Counted from the stretch's first letter, positions 1-9,847 are shown. The stretch: 64,000 nt of DNA from Verrucomicrobiota bacterium (GCA_038205745.1 JBBRBM010000005.1:2194-66193), one strand, 5' to 3'. The notes: generated by a model not told the origin, from the sequence alone. Translations and numbers: made by a program.

Positions 1-131
1 CCGCGTGTTCCTGAGCGGGAATCGAACGATCATCTTCGACTGAGTCATCGCCGTCGCGAGGCAGGTTTCATCGAAGCTTGCCACTGCGGATGAAAACTCC
101 TACTCGTTCCGCCGAACAGCGGTTCATTTCT

Positions 132-896
132 ATGCTTCAAGGAAAATTCGGAATTGTCTTCGGTGTCGCCAATAAACGCTCCATCGCCTGGGCCATCGCG
201 CAGGCGTGGTCCAAAGCCGGAGCGAAGCTCGCCTTCACGTTTCAAGGCGACCGGCTGAAGGATAACGTCGAGGAACTCGCCAGCACGTTCGGCACTGACA
301 CGCTGATCATGCCATGCGACGTGACGAAGGACGAAGACATCGCGCGCGTATTCGCCGAAGCCGGCGCGAAGTTTGGAAAGCTGCACCTGATGTTGCACTC
401 CGTGGCCTTCGCGCCGAGAGACGCTTTGGAAGGCAAGTTCGTGAACACGAGCCGCGAAGCATTCCGGATCGCCCATGATGTCAGCGCGTATTCGCTCGTG
501 GCACTGTCGCGCGCCGCGGCGCCGTTGATGACCGAAGGCGGCAGCATCGTGGCGATGAGTTACTACGGCGCGGAGAAAGTCGTGCCGCATTACAACGTCA
601 TGGGTGTTGCCAAGGCGTCGCTTGAAGCCAGCACCCGTTATCTCGCGTATGATCTTGGTCCCCAAAAAATCCGTGTGAACTGCATCAGTGCCGGCCCGGT
701 GAACACGCTGGCCGCCCGTGGTATCAGCGGTTTCGGGGAAATGCTGAAGCACTACGAAGAGCACTCGCCGCTCAAGCGCAACGTGTTGCCCGAGGAACTC
801 GGTGCGACCGGAACGTTTCTCGCCAGCGACGGCGCCGCGGCGATCACGGGGCAGGTGATTTACGTCGATGCGGGTTACCAGATCATGGGGATGTGA
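132..896 (+). CDS. fabI: Enoyl-[acyl-carrier-protein] reductase (NADH), FabI
   Basis: ORF 78..896 trimmed to the ATG at 132 (MLQGKFGIVFGVANKRSIAW...). SDR-type FabI pattern is present: YYGAEKVVPHYNVMGVAKASLE (Tyr-x6-Lys), ISAGP, and the C-terminal YVDAGYQIMGM. Confidence 0.9.
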   Translation: MLQGKFGIVFGVANKRSIAWAIAQAWSKAGAKLAFTFQGDRLKDNVEELASTFGTDTLIMPCDVTKDEDIARVFAEAGAKFGKLHLMLHSVAFAPRDALEGKFVNTSREAFRIAHDVSAYSLVALSRAAAPLMTEGGSIVAMSYYGAEKVVPHYNVMGVAKASLEASTRYLAYDLGPQKIRVNCISAGPVNTLAARGISGFGEMLKHYEEHSPLKRNVLPEELGATGTFLASDGAAAITGQVIYVDAGYQIMGM

Positions 897-903
897 TTGG
901 GGA

Positions 904-1001
904 GTGGACCACGGAAGACACGGAAAACACGGAAACGAAATGCGAGGCGCGGACCAGGACAGTTTTTGGTTTCAGTGTTTTCCGTGTGCTCCGTGGTCCA
1001 C
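904..1001. repeat. Imperfect inverted repeat (27-nt arms) between convergent fabI and mdh; probable bidirectional terminator or REP-like element
   Basis: GTGGACCACGGAAGACACGGAAAACAC (904-930) pairs with GTGTTTTCCGTGTGCTCCGTGGTCCAC (975-1001), with two mismatches. Confidence 0.7.
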
Positions 1002-1085
1002 TCTTTCGTCCTTCGTGACTAGAAACAGAAAGGCACGGACGCCCGTTTCCGGACTCCGTGCCTTTGGTGTCTCTATGGAGAGAAA

Positions 1086-2081
1086 CTACTTGTTGATCAA
1101 CTCCGCGACCAGCGCGCGCTCTTCCTTGAGCTCGTTCACCGTGGCGTCGATCTTCGCTTTCGCAAACTCGCCGATCGGCAAGTCCTGCACGATCTCCCAC
1201 TTCTTGCCGTCGGTGCGGATCGGGTAGGAAGTGATGATGCCCTTCTCGAGCCCGTAGCTCCCGTCGCCATTCACGGCCACGCTGAACCAGTCGCCCGCCG
1301 GCGTGGGCGTGGTGAGTTTACGCACGGTATCGACGACGGCATTCGCCGCGCTCGCCGCGCTGCTGAGCCCGCGCGCTTCGATGATCGCCGCGCCGCGTTT
1401 CTGGACGGTGGCGATGAAATCCTTTTCCAACCATTCGCGATGACCGATCACATCGACGACGGGACGGTTGTTGATTTTCGCATTGAGGAAGTCCGGGAAC
1501 ATCGTGGAGCTGTGATTACCCCAGATGGCGAGGTTGCTCACGGCGGTGACATCGACGGATGCTTTCTTGGCGAGCTGCGTCTTGGCGCGATTCTCGTCGA
1601 GCATGGTCATGGCGAAAAACTGTTCCTTCGGCACTCCCGCGGCATTGCTCATGGCGATGAGGCAGTTGGTGTTGCACGGATTGCCGACGACCAACGTGCG
1701 CACGTCCTTCGCCGCGTTGCGCGCGATGGCCTGGCCCTGGCCGGTGAAGATCTTGCCGTTGATGCCGAGGAGATCCTTGCGCTCCATGCCTTGCTTGCGC
1801 GGCACTGCGCCGACGAGCAACGCCCAGTTCACGCCGCTAAAACCTTCGTTGAGATCGCTCGTGGGCACGCAGCCCTTGAGCAGGGGGAACGCGCAATCCT
1901 CCAGTTCCATGATGACGCCGCCGAGGGCCTTGAGAGCCTTCTCGTCGGGGATTTCGATGAGGTGAAGAATCACGGGCTGGCTCGGACCGAACATCGCGCC
2001 TGAGGCGATGCGGAAGAGAAGTGAGTAACCGATCTGACCGGCGGCACCTGTGACCGCCACACGAATAGGTGAATTGCTCAT
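1086..2081 (-). CDS. mdh: Malate dehydrogenase (LDH/MDH superfamily)
   Basis: ORF 1086..2354 trimmed to the ATG (CAT at 2079-2081), giving [26 protein letters not shown]-binding GAAGQIG is present, along with GNPCNTN and [12 protein letters not shown], which are typical of MDH. Confidence 0.9.
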   Translation of the reverse strand: MSNSPIRVAVTGAAGQIGYSLLFRIASGAMFGPSQPVILHLIEIPDEKALKALGGVIMELEDCAFPLLKGCVPTSDLNEGFSGVNWALLVGAVPRKQGMERKDLLGINGKIFTGQGQAIARNAAKDVRTLVVGNPCNTNCLIAMSNAAGVPKEQFFAMTMLDENRAKTQLAKKASVDVTAVSNLAIWGNHSSTMFPDFLNAKINNRPVVDVIGHREWLEKDFIATVQKRGAAIIEARGLSSAASAANAVVDTVRKLTTPTPAGDWFSVAVNGDGSYGLEKGIITSYPIRTDGKKWEIVQDLPIGEFAKAKIDATVNELKEERALVAELINK

Positions 2082-2231
2082 ATTTTGGTCGCGCGAATAT
2101 GGGAGCGGCGAATTTTTCTGCAACGCTGAATTTGTTTTCGGCTCACCACCGGCTGAACCCCCCAAAGGAAAGCCGGAAAGATTTTTCAACTTTTTTGGAA
2201 AGAGTCGCGTTTTTGAAACGTATTTATCTAC

Positions 2232-2747
2232 GTGAGAACGATCATGCCGATGATGGCCGCGACGGACTGCGATGTCCTGGTTCAGGGCGACGAATTTGCG
2301 CCGGATGCCTATCCGCTCGATTTGGCCGATTGGATATCGCCGTCGAAACTTCAATCGCTCGCGCTTCGTCTCGCCCAGCGCGAGTCCAACCGCGTGGAGC
2401 CGGTGTTCTCATTCGGTGACCGGCGCATGTCCAATCCGTGGCGTGTGCTCGCGTTGTGGCTTTATTGCGCGGGGCGCGGTGTTTGCAGCCCGGCGGCGCT
2501 TCGCGATTTCGCAGTGCGCGACAGCCACGCGCGGCAGTTGTGCAACGCCAACCCGCCCTCGATCGAAGTCATTGGCCGTTTCCGCGAGCAGAACCTGCGC
2601 ATCCTGTTGTTCCGCCTCGAAGAACTGCTGGCGACATCGTGCCTGCACACGGAACACGGGACGCCGTTTGCCCGCTGCTTTGAACTTTACGTCACTGGCA
2701 AGGCCCGTGCCGAAGCTGAACGCCGCCTCCGGGCGGGTTATGGCTGA
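2232..2747 (+). CDS. Hypothetical protein with a transposase-N-terminal (DUF772/InsH_N-like) helix-turn-helix pattern and no DDE domain
   Basis: 171-aa ORF. The segment [66 protein letters not shown] resembles the LLxYxYxxGIxSSRxIERxCxxDxAFRxLxGxxxPDHxTIxRFR pattern of IS5/IS1182 N-termini, recognised from memory only. Confidence 0.45.
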   Translation: MRTIMPMMAATDCDVLVQGDEFAPDAYPLDLADWISPSKLQSLALRLAQRESNRVEPVFSFGDRRMSNPWRVLALWLYCAGRGVCSPAALRDFAVRDSHARQLCNANPPSIEVIGRFREQNLRILLFRLEELLATSCLHTEHGTPFARCFELYVTGKARAEAERRLRAGYG

Positions 2748-2911
2748 GCGTTACGCCAACTTTTCAAGGGAGGTTGCTTGCACGCATAAAAACAAGCACA
2801 CATCGCCGGGGACCGTCCCCGGCGATGCTTCTTGTAAAAGCGTTGCCGCATAAGCCTGCGCTGTCTAAGACTCTGCGGCGCTGAAGCAGACTCAGTTGTG
2901 GCGGACGTTGC

Positions 2912-5900
2912 ATGAACCTCGATGAACCCATTGGCCCGGTGGCGCCATCCGGGGCTCCTGTCATTCCCGATCACGAAATGCTCCGTCGCATTGGCGGCGG
3001 CAGCTACGGTGAAGTCTGGCTGGCTCGCAACGTGATCGGCGCGTATCGAGCGGTGAAGATCGTTCACCGCAGCACGTTCTCCGATGCGCGCCCCTTCGAT
3101 CGTGAGTTCAATGGCATCCAGAAGTTCGAGCCCATTTCGCGGTCGCATCCGGGATTGATCCAGGTATTGCAGGTGGGCCGCAACGTGGACGCCGGATATT
3201 TCTATTACGTGATGGAACTGGCTGACGACCAGATCGGCGGCCAGCAATTTCATCCCGAAACGTATTCCGCCCATACGCTCAGCCGCGAAATCATGACGCG
3301 CGGCCGAATCAAATTTGAGGAGTGCATCGACCTCGGCATCGCGCTCGCTGATGCGCTTGGGCACTTGCATGAGCAGGGTCTCATTCACCGCGACCTGAAG
3401 CCCTCGAACATCATCTTCCTCAACGGACGGCCCAAGCTCGCGGACATCGGACTGGTGATCAGTGTGGGCGAAAGCGGCACGATGGTGGGCACCGAGGGAT
3501 TCATTCCGCCGGAAGGCCCGACCTCGCCACAGGCGGACATCTACAGTTTCGGCAAAATTCTTTACGAGCTCAGCACCGGGAACGACCGCAACCTCTTTCC
3601 ATCAGTGCCGGAGATCGTCAGCGATCCCGCCGATGCAGTGCAATTCTCGGAGCTGAACGAGATCGTCACCAAGGCGTGCGCTCCCGTGCCGGCGAACCGT
3701 TACCAGACTGCCACCGCGATGCGCAGCGACCTGGAAATGCTGCGCGCCGGAAAGTCCGTGCGGCGGCTGCGTATTCTCGAGAAGCGGCTCTCGCTGCTCA
3801 CGCGGTTGAGCATCGGCGCCGCCGCGCTGATCCTCATGGCGCTGGCGATCCTCTACGGCGTCAACGCCGCGCGCCAACGGCAGAAGGAATTGCGCGCGGT
3901 CGCTTACATCGAAGGCGGGGCACGTCTGATCGAGGAAGGCAATTACCACGCCGCCCTTCCGTACTTCGCGCAGGCGCTTGATCTTCAGCGCGGTGATCCA
4001 GCGGCTGCGGAACTTCAACGCATCCGCATCGGCATGTTGCTCCGGCAAGGCGTGCAGTTGCTTCAGGTGTGGACCAACGCGCATCCCGTCACGAGCGTCT
4101 CCTTCACAGCCGACGGCAAGCGCCTGTTTCTCTCGCAGGGGAAGTCCGCCAGAATCTGGGACATCGCCTCACACCAGCCAGTCTCTCCACCGTTTGAAAC
4201 TTCTGCCGACATTCAATCGGCAGCATTCAATCCCGATGAATCGCAGGTGCTGATTGCCGCGCGCAGCAGCGCGTATCTTTTCAATGCTGTCTCGGGAACG
4301 AGGACGAAAGTCTGGCGCCTGGGGGCGAAAACAAAATTTGTCACCGCCGCCGCGTTCAGTCCGGATGGAAAATTCGTCGCCCTCGCCTGCGGTGGCGGTC
4401 AGGCGTACGTCCATCGCACCGACGATCCACCGGAGGAACCGTTCCTCAGCCTGATTGGTCACACGGACGATGTGGACGACATCTGCTTTTCCCCCACAGG
4501 TGAGATGTTGGTCACGGCGAGCCGCGACAACAGCGCACGCCTCTGGGACGCTCGTACCGGCCGGCAGATTGGCGAACCGATGATGCACAGCTCGTGGGTT
4601 TACCACGCTGGTTTTTCGCCGAATGGAACTCGCGTCATCACCACGTCACTCGACCGTTCAGTGCGAGTGTGGGACGCGAAATCGCAACAGCTCGCGTTAC
4701 GTCCCATGGATCATCGCGATGGCGTACGTCGGGCTTCCTTCAGTCCCGACAGCACCAAAATTGTTTCCGGCGGGAACGACGAAACGGTTGTCCTCTGGGA
4801 CGCGGCCACGGGCTTTTCCATCGGCGCCAGGATGAATCATGACAAGCCTGTGATGGACGTTGCCTTCGATCAGAGCGGTCGCCGCCTGGCCACCGCAGAT
4901 CACGGCGGCACGATCAAGATCTGGGACATCGAGGCCGTTCCTGCGACCGACATCGGAGACGTTCATTTCAGCGAAGACGCGGCTCGTTACGTGGCCATCA
5001 GCAACAACAGCACGTTCTCGATCTACGCGACGCGATCGAATGCGGTGGTGGCCAAAGACATCCCTCTCGACCATCCAGTGGCGCAAACATTCGTTGCCCA
5101 TGCAGGCGAGCGCTTGTTGTTCGTCGCGAACAATGGTGCCGTCGGGAAATCCATCGCCATGGCCGATGCCCGAAGTGGATTCCGGCCGGGAGACTGGTTG
5201 CCGCTTGGCAACACCTCGGTCATTGAGCCATCGCCGGATGGAAGATTCCTGTTTGTCGTCGATACCGGGAAGAAACTTTCCTATTCGCTTTGGGACATGG
5301 AAGCGGGTCGACGCATCGTCGGGCCGTCGAGCGCGCCTCTGGAGGCTGGAGTTGTATTCACCACCGTTCCAACGAACTTCGCCGTGCTGGGAAATAAGGA
5401 TTTGCAGTTTTTGCAAACGGCGACAGGAACGAAAATCGGCAAGCCCCTCCCACACGAAAGAAGACTGATGCAGGCGCACTTCGGCCGTGACGGCACGCGT
5501 CTGTTGGTGGGTTCGCAGGACGAAACCTTCTCGGCCTGCAATGCGCTGGTCTGGGATTTCCGCTCCGGTAAGAGGTTCGCCGGGCCGTTCGAACACGATG
5601 ACGGTGTGCTCGATGCGCGCTTCAACACCGACGAAACCCTCGTTGTCACCGCGAGTGAAGATCAATACGCGCGCGTCTGGAGCGTCGCTACAGGCCAATT
5701 GCTCATGAGATCGGAGCGGCACGGCGAACAGGTGCGTGCGGCGCAATTCAGCCCGGATGGCCGGGCGGTCATGACGCTGGCGGGTAGCAATACGGTGCGA
5801 ATCATCGAAACGGCAACGGGCTATCCGCTGGCGGCGCCGATGGCGTTCGATGAAATGGTCATGGCCGTTGGTTTTTTTCCGGATGGACGCAGCGTGTGGA

Positions 5901-6274
5901 TTCGCCTGCGCGCGCGGACGCTGGTGGTGGAATTGGTCCGCGTCAGCGAAACGTTTGCCCAGTTGAAAGAAATCATCGGCGCGCTCGGCACCAGTCAAAT
6001 CATGCACGGGCGCGGCGCGTGGAGTGCGGCGGACGCGGCTTCGTGGCGGCGTGCGGCGGATCGCATTGTCGATCCGGCACGGCTGCAGAACTGTCTCGAT
6101 GACCTGCCGCGCTGGCACCAGTTGCAGGCGCAAAAATGGGATGCCAAAGGAAATGGGTTTGCGGCGCGGTTCCACCGACTGCGGCTCAAACAACTCGCCC
6201 CGACCAACTCCGCCTCTCCGGCGCGCCTTGTGGTAAACGATCAGCGCCCGGCCGCTGCTGCAACTACGCCGTGA
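2912..6274 (+). CDS. Ser/Thr protein kinase with one transmembrane segment and a long WD40 repeat region
   Basis: Kinase motifs are present: RRIGGGSYGEVW, AVKIV, HRDLKPSNIIF, ADIGL, GTEGFIPPE. A hydrophobic helix follows (LLTRLSIGAAALILMALAILYGV), then many WD-like units (SRDNSARLWD, SLDRSVRVWD, GGNDETVVLWD, DHGGTIKIWD, SEDQYARVWS). Confidence 0.9.
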   Translation: MNLDEPIGPVAPSGAPVIPDHEMLRRIGGGSYGEVWLARNVIGAYRAVKIVHRSTFSDARPFDREFNGIQKFEPISRSHPGLIQVLQVGRNVDAGYFYYVMELADDQIGGQQFHPETYSAHTLSREIMTRGRIKFEECIDLGIALADALGHLHEQGLIHRDLKPSNIIFLNGRPKLADIGLVISVGESGTMVGTEGFIPPEGPTSPQADIYSFGKILYELSTGNDRNLFPSVPEIVSDPADAVQFSELNEIVTKACAPVPANRYQTATAMRSDLEMLRAGKSVRRLRILEKRLSLLTRLSIGAAALILMALAILYGVNAARQRQKELRAVAYIEGGARLIEEGNYHAALPYFAQALDLQRGDPAAAELQRIRIGMLLRQGVQLLQVWTNAHPVTSVSFTADGKRLFLSQGKSARIWDIASHQPVSPPFETSADIQSAAFNPDESQVLIAARSSAYLFNAVSGTRTKVWRLGAKTKFVTAAAFSPDGKFVALACGGGQAYVHRTDDPPEEPFLSLIGHTDDVDDICFSPTGEMLVTASRDNSARLWDARTGRQIGEPMMHSSWVYHAGFSPNGTRVITTSLDRSVRVWDAKSQQLALRPMDHRDGVRRASFSPDSTKIVSGGNDETVVLWDAATGFSIGARMNHDKPVMDVAFDQSGRRLATADHGGTIKIWDIEAVPATDIGDVHFSEDAARYVAISNNSTFSIYATRSNAVVAKDIPLDHPVAQTFVAHAGERLLFVANNGAVGKSIAMADARSGFRPGDWLPLGNTSVIEPSPDGRFLFVVDTGKKLSYSLWDMEAGRRIVGPSSAPLEAGVVFTTVPTNFAVLGNKDLQFLQTATGTKIGKPLPHERRLMQAHFGRDGTRLLVGSQDETFSACNALVWDFRSGKRFAGPFEHDDGVLDARFNTDETLVVTASEDQYARVWSVATGQLLMRSERHGEQVRAAQFSPDGRAVMTLAGSNTVRIIETATGYPLAAPMAFDEMVMAVGFFPDGRSVWIRLRARTLVVELVRVSETFAQLKEIIGALGTSQIMHGRGAWSAADAASWRRAADRIVDPARLQNCLDDLPRWHQLQAQKWDAKGNGFAARFHRLRLKQLAPTNSASPARLVVNDQRPAAAATTP

Positions 6275-6307
6275 CACGCGCCTCCTGACCCGCTCAAATC
6301 GCGCCAC

Positions 6308-7522
6308 GTGAAACGGGACCTCTCACCTTTCTGGACTTTGTTCATCCTCACCGGATTGAACCTTTTCAATTACCTCGATCGCTTCGTGCTGTCGGTCGTG
6401 TTGTCGCCGCTCCGCCAGGAGTTGAAGATCGACTACGAGCAGGCCGGCACGGTCGGCACAGCCTTCATGCTCGGTTATTTCATCACCGCGCCGTTCTTCG
6501 GCTATCTCGGTGATCGCGCGTCGCGGAAATGGCTGATCGCGGGCGGGATTTTCGTCTGGAGCCTTGGTACCGTGCTCACCGGATTCGCACACAGCTACGG
6601 CGAACTCCTGTTCTATCGTGTGCTCGTCGGTGTCGGCGAAGCCAGCTACGCCACAATCAGCCCGAGCATCATTGCGGACAAATTCGCCGGCACGAAGCGC
6701 AACACGGCCCTGACCATTTTCTACGTCGCCATTCCCGTCGGTGCGGCGCTCGGCAATTTCGTGGGCGGCCAGATCGCGGCCCACGCATCGTGGCGCGAGG
6801 CATTCATCTGGGCGGGCGCGCCCGGCCTGCTGCTCGCGCTGGTGATGTTGCCGTTCAATGATCCCAAACGCGTCGAAGCCGACGCCGGCGCAGCAAAGCC
6901 GGGCGCGCGCGAAATGATGGGATTGCTGCTGACGCCTGCGTATGCGCTCGTCGTGCTCGGTTACACGGCATACACGTTTGCGCTCGGCGGGTTTCAACAT
7001 TGGGGCGCCACATTCCTCCAGGAAGTTCACGGGCTCGATGTCGAGTACGCCGGGAATTTCTTCGGCATCTCGCTCGCCGTATCCGGCCTCGTGGGCACTG
7101 GCCTCGGCGGTATTCTCGCCAGCGCGCTGCAACGCCGCACGCCATCGGGTTACGCGATCGTGCTCGGCTGCTCCGTGGCCGCGGCAGTGCCGGTCGCCTT
7201 CGCCGCGTTCCGGGCGGGAACTCCCGGCGCAGCCATGGCGCTGCTCGCCACTGCCATGTTCCTCCTCTTTCTCTCCACAGGTCCGACCAACACGTTGATC
7301 CTGGAAACCGCGCCCGCCAACCTTCGCGCCAGCGCCATGGCGGTATCCATCTTCACCATTCATCTGCTGGGCGACTTGTGGTCACCGAAGATCATCGGGC
7401 GCGCGGCCAAGACATCCTCCCTCGACCAGGCCATGATGATCCTGCCCGTCGCGCTGTTCATTGCCGCTGCGCTGTGGCTGGCATTGGCGATGCGAATGCG
7501 GCGCGCCAAACCGCAGGCGTAG
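6308..7522 (+). CDS. MFS transporter (Spinster-like subgroup)
   Basis: 404 aa with multiple hydrophobic helices. The N-terminal LNLFNYLDRFVLSVVLSPLRQEL and GYLGDRASRKWL loop, plus VLVGVGEASY, are typical of MFS_1 transporters. GTG start. Confidence 0.85.
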   Translation: MKRDLSPFWTLFILTGLNLFNYLDRFVLSVVLSPLRQELKIDYEQAGTVGTAFMLGYFITAPFFGYLGDRASRKWLIAGGIFVWSLGTVLTGFAHSYGELLFYRVLVGVGEASYATISPSIIADKFAGTKRNTALTIFYVAIPVGAALGNFVGGQIAAHASWREAFIWAGAPGLLLALVMLPFNDPKRVEADAGAAKPGAREMMGLLLTPAYALVVLGYTAYTFALGGFQHWGATFLQEVHGLDVEYAGNFFGISLAVSGLVGTGLGGILASALQRRTPSGYAIVLGCSVAAAVPVAFAAFRAGTPGAAMALLATAMFLLFLSTGPTNTLILETAPANLRASAMAVSIFTIHLLGDLWSPKIIGRAAKTSSLDQAMMILPVALFIAAALWLALAMRMRRAKPQA

Positions 7523-7573
7523 GCTTTTGTTTTGACAGGAGACGACTTCGCGAGTGCTATTCGCCGCACACGT

Positions 7574-8458
7574 ATGAAATCCAAATTTCTTTTCACCATC
7601 GCTCTCGCCGCTGCGTTCCTTGCGAACGTGCGCGCCGAGGTAAAAATTCCTGACGAATACAAGACCGGCGACTTCTTCATCGGCTGCCAGGCTTACACGT
7701 TCAATCGCTTCAGCGCCTTCGAGGCCATCGAGAAGACCGCGCAGGCCGGTGGCAAAGTCATCGAATTTTATCCCGGCCAAAAACTTAGCAAGGAAGAGCC
7801 AACCGTGAAGTGGGACCACAACGCTTCCGAGGAAGTCATCAAGAAGATCGAAGCCAAGCTCGCCGAACACAAAATCAAGGCGGTGAATTACGGCGTCGTC
7901 GGCATTCCGAAGGACGAAGCGCAGGCGCGAAAGATTTTTGCATTCGCAAAAAGGATGGGCATCCGCGCCGTCACCACGGAGTCCACCGACGCGATCGACA
8001 CGATCGAGAAACTCGTGAAGGAGTTCGACGTCATGGTCGCGTTCCACGATCACCCGCGCCAGCCGAAGAACGCCAACTACAAAGTCTGGGACCCGCACTA
8101 CATTCTCGATCTGGTGAAGGATCGCGATCAACGCATCGGCGCGTGCGCGGACACAGGCCACTGGCAGTCGAGCGGATTTAATCCGGTCTATTGCCTGCGA
8201 GTGCTGAAAGGCCGCGTGATCGGCAGCCACATGAAAGACAAAACGGATTATGGAACCCGCTCGACCGACGGCACCGACACGCATGATGTCCCTTACGGCA
8301 CCGGCGTGGGCGAAATCGGGCGCTGCCTCGACGAGCTGAAGAAGCAGAATTTCCAGGGCAACATCTCCATCGAGTACGAGTATAACTGGGACAACAACGT
8401 GGTGGACGCGACCAAGTGCGTGGAGTTCGTGCGCAACCACAAGAGCGCTGCCAAGTAA
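7574..8458 (+). CDS. Secreted sugar phosphate isomerase/epimerase family protein (xylose isomerase-like TIM barrel)
   Basis: ORF trimmed to the ATG at 7574 (MKSKFLFTIALAAAFLANVRA signal peptide). FIGCQAYTFNRFS, VAFHDHP, ADTGHW and GNISIEYEY match the AP-endonuclease-2/xylose-isomerase-like metal-ligand pattern. Confidence 0.75.
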   Translation: MKSKFLFTIALAAAFLANVRAEVKIPDEYKTGDFFIGCQAYTFNRFSAFEAIEKTAQAGGKVIEFYPGQKLSKEEPTVKWDHNASEEVIKKIEAKLAEHKIKAVNYGVVGIPKDEAQARKIFAFAKRMGIRAVTTESTDAIDTIEKLVKEFDVMVAFHDHPRQPKNANYKVWDPHYILDLVKDRDQRIGACADTGHWQSSGFNPVYCLRVLKGRVIGSHMKDKTDYGTRSTDGTDTHDVPYGTGVGEIGRCLDELKKQNFQGNISIEYEYNWDNNVVDATKCVEFVRNHKSAAK

Positions 8459-8499
8459 TCCCATTGCTGCCTGGCTGGTGCCGGCAGAATTTTCAAACA

Positions 8500-8530
8500 A
8501 AGCCCCGGCGTGACGGCCGGGGCTTTTTAT
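8500..8530 (+). terminator. Rho-independent terminator candidate
   Basis: The GC-rich hairpin AGCCCCGGCG-TGA-CGGCCGGGGCT is followed by TTTTTATTTTT, 42 nt after the stop codon at 8458. Confidence 0.65.
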
Positions 8531-8745
8531 TTTTGGTTCGCCTTTCTGCCGTCATCGCCGGGAGCGCAGCGTTGTGCGAGGCGCAACTGCAAGTGGGCGG
8601 CGCGCTGATCGTAAACGTCGACGCGATGGGCAGCCCCACAGGACCGCTGACGAGAATCGCGAACAACGGCACCGTGGGTAGATATTTCGAAGCGCGGGTT
8701 GCCGGGTTCGCCCGGGGCTTTTTCATTTCATGACATCAGCGTCGT

Positions 8746-9801
8746 TTACGCGGGTTCCTGCTGGCTGATGCAGTGGAATGAACCCAATCCCCAGATGAGT
8801 TCCGTGGAATTCACTCCGATCACACGGCGATCGGAAAACTCGCGTTGAAGAATGTCGAGCGCGAGCCGGTCGTTCGCGTGGCGATACGTCGGCACGAGAA
8901 CGATTTGGTTGGCGATGTAAAAATTCGCGTAGCTCGCCGGTAACCGTTGGCCGTCGAATTCGACTTTGCCCGGCATCGGCAGTTCCACGACGCGCAAAGG
9001 CTTCTCGTCCTGGTCGCGCAACGTTTGCAGCCGCCGCAAGTTCTCCTGAAGCAGCGCGTAGTTCTCGTCCACCGGATCGTGCTCGACCACAGTGACGACG
9101 GTGGTTGGATTCACGAAGCGCGTGAGATCATCGATGTGACCGTCCGTGTCGTCGCCGACGATGCCATCGCCGAGCCACAGGATTTTTTTCACACCAAGGC
9201 AATCGCACAGATATTGTTCGATCTGCGCCTTGTTCAACTGCGGGTTGCGATTCGAATTCAGCAGACAAGCCTCGGTAGTCAACAACGTGCCGCGGCCATT
9301 CACCTCGATCGAGCCGCCTTCCATCACGATGCCCGGTGAGAAGAGCGGCAGGTTGCGGAACTTCGCCACATGTTGCGGCACTGCGTCATCGAGATCGAAC
9401 GGCGGATATTTTCCACCCCAGGCGTTGTAGCCCCAGTCAACGACCGCGCGCTCACGATGCCCATTCTGTTCGCGCACGACAAAGATCGGCCCGTGATCGC
9501 GGCACCACGGCTCGTACGCCGGGAAGTGATGGAAGAAAACGTTCCGCTCCGGCGCACCGTGCTTGCGCAGGAGTTCGCGCACCCATGCTTCCATCTCGGC
9601 GTGCCACACGTTGATGTGAACTTCCTCCACCGCCGCGAGGTGCTTGATCAACTCCGCATAGACCGGCGGCACCGTGTCGTATTTGTCTGGAAAGCTGATG
9701 CCCTCCGGCCGCGGCCACGAGAACCACGTTCCGACGTGCGACTCCCACTCGGCGGGCATGCGGTATCCGAGTGAGGCGGGTGTAGGTGATGGCACAGACA
9801 T
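8746..9801 (-). CDS. aguA: Agmatine deiminase (peptidyl-arginine deiminase, Porphyromonas type)
   Basis: Trimmed to MSVPSPTPASLGYRMPAEWE. The family pattern is present: MPAEWE, WGGKY, MEGGSIEVNG, GDDTDGHIDDLTRF, and the C-terminal GSFHCISQQ catalytic Cys. Confidence 0.85.
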   Translation of the reverse strand: MSVPSPTPASLGYRMPAEWESHVGTWFSWPRPEGISFPDKYDTVPPVYAELIKHLAAVEEVHINVWHAEMEAWVRELLRKHGAPERNVFFHHFPAYEPWCRDHGPIFVVREQNGHRERAVVDWGYNAWGGKYPPFDLDDAVPQHVAKFRNLPLFSPGIVMEGGSIEVNGRGTLLTTEACLLNSNRNPQLNKAQIEQYLCDCLGVKKILWLGDGIVGDDTDGHIDDLTRFVNPTTVVTVVEHDPVDENYALLQENLRRLQTLRDQDEKPLRVVELPMPGKVEFDGQRLPASYANFYIANQIVLVPTYRHANDRLALDILQREFSDRRVIGVNSTELIWGLGSFHCISQQEPA

Positions 9802-9847
9802 GAGATTGATGGTCTTCGTTCCCTTCGCGTTCTTCGCGAGACTCCGA

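Noticed and set aside
1-77. GCGGGAATCGAAC at the window start resembles the reverse complement of a tRNA T-arm
   Set aside because: The flanking bases do not form a T-stem or an acceptor stem on either strand, and no cloverleaf can be drawn.
45-764. 239-aa minus-strand ORF opposite fabI, and similar long antisense ORFs (4697..6307, 6323..7363, 7382..8500, 11000..12382, 17502..18581, 23810..24802, 36184..37563, 45068..46330, 53902..54786)
   Set aside because: Each lies antisense to a gene with clear family motifs. They are Arg/His/Asp-rich with no recognisable domains, and are GC3-driven stop-codon depletion artefacts.
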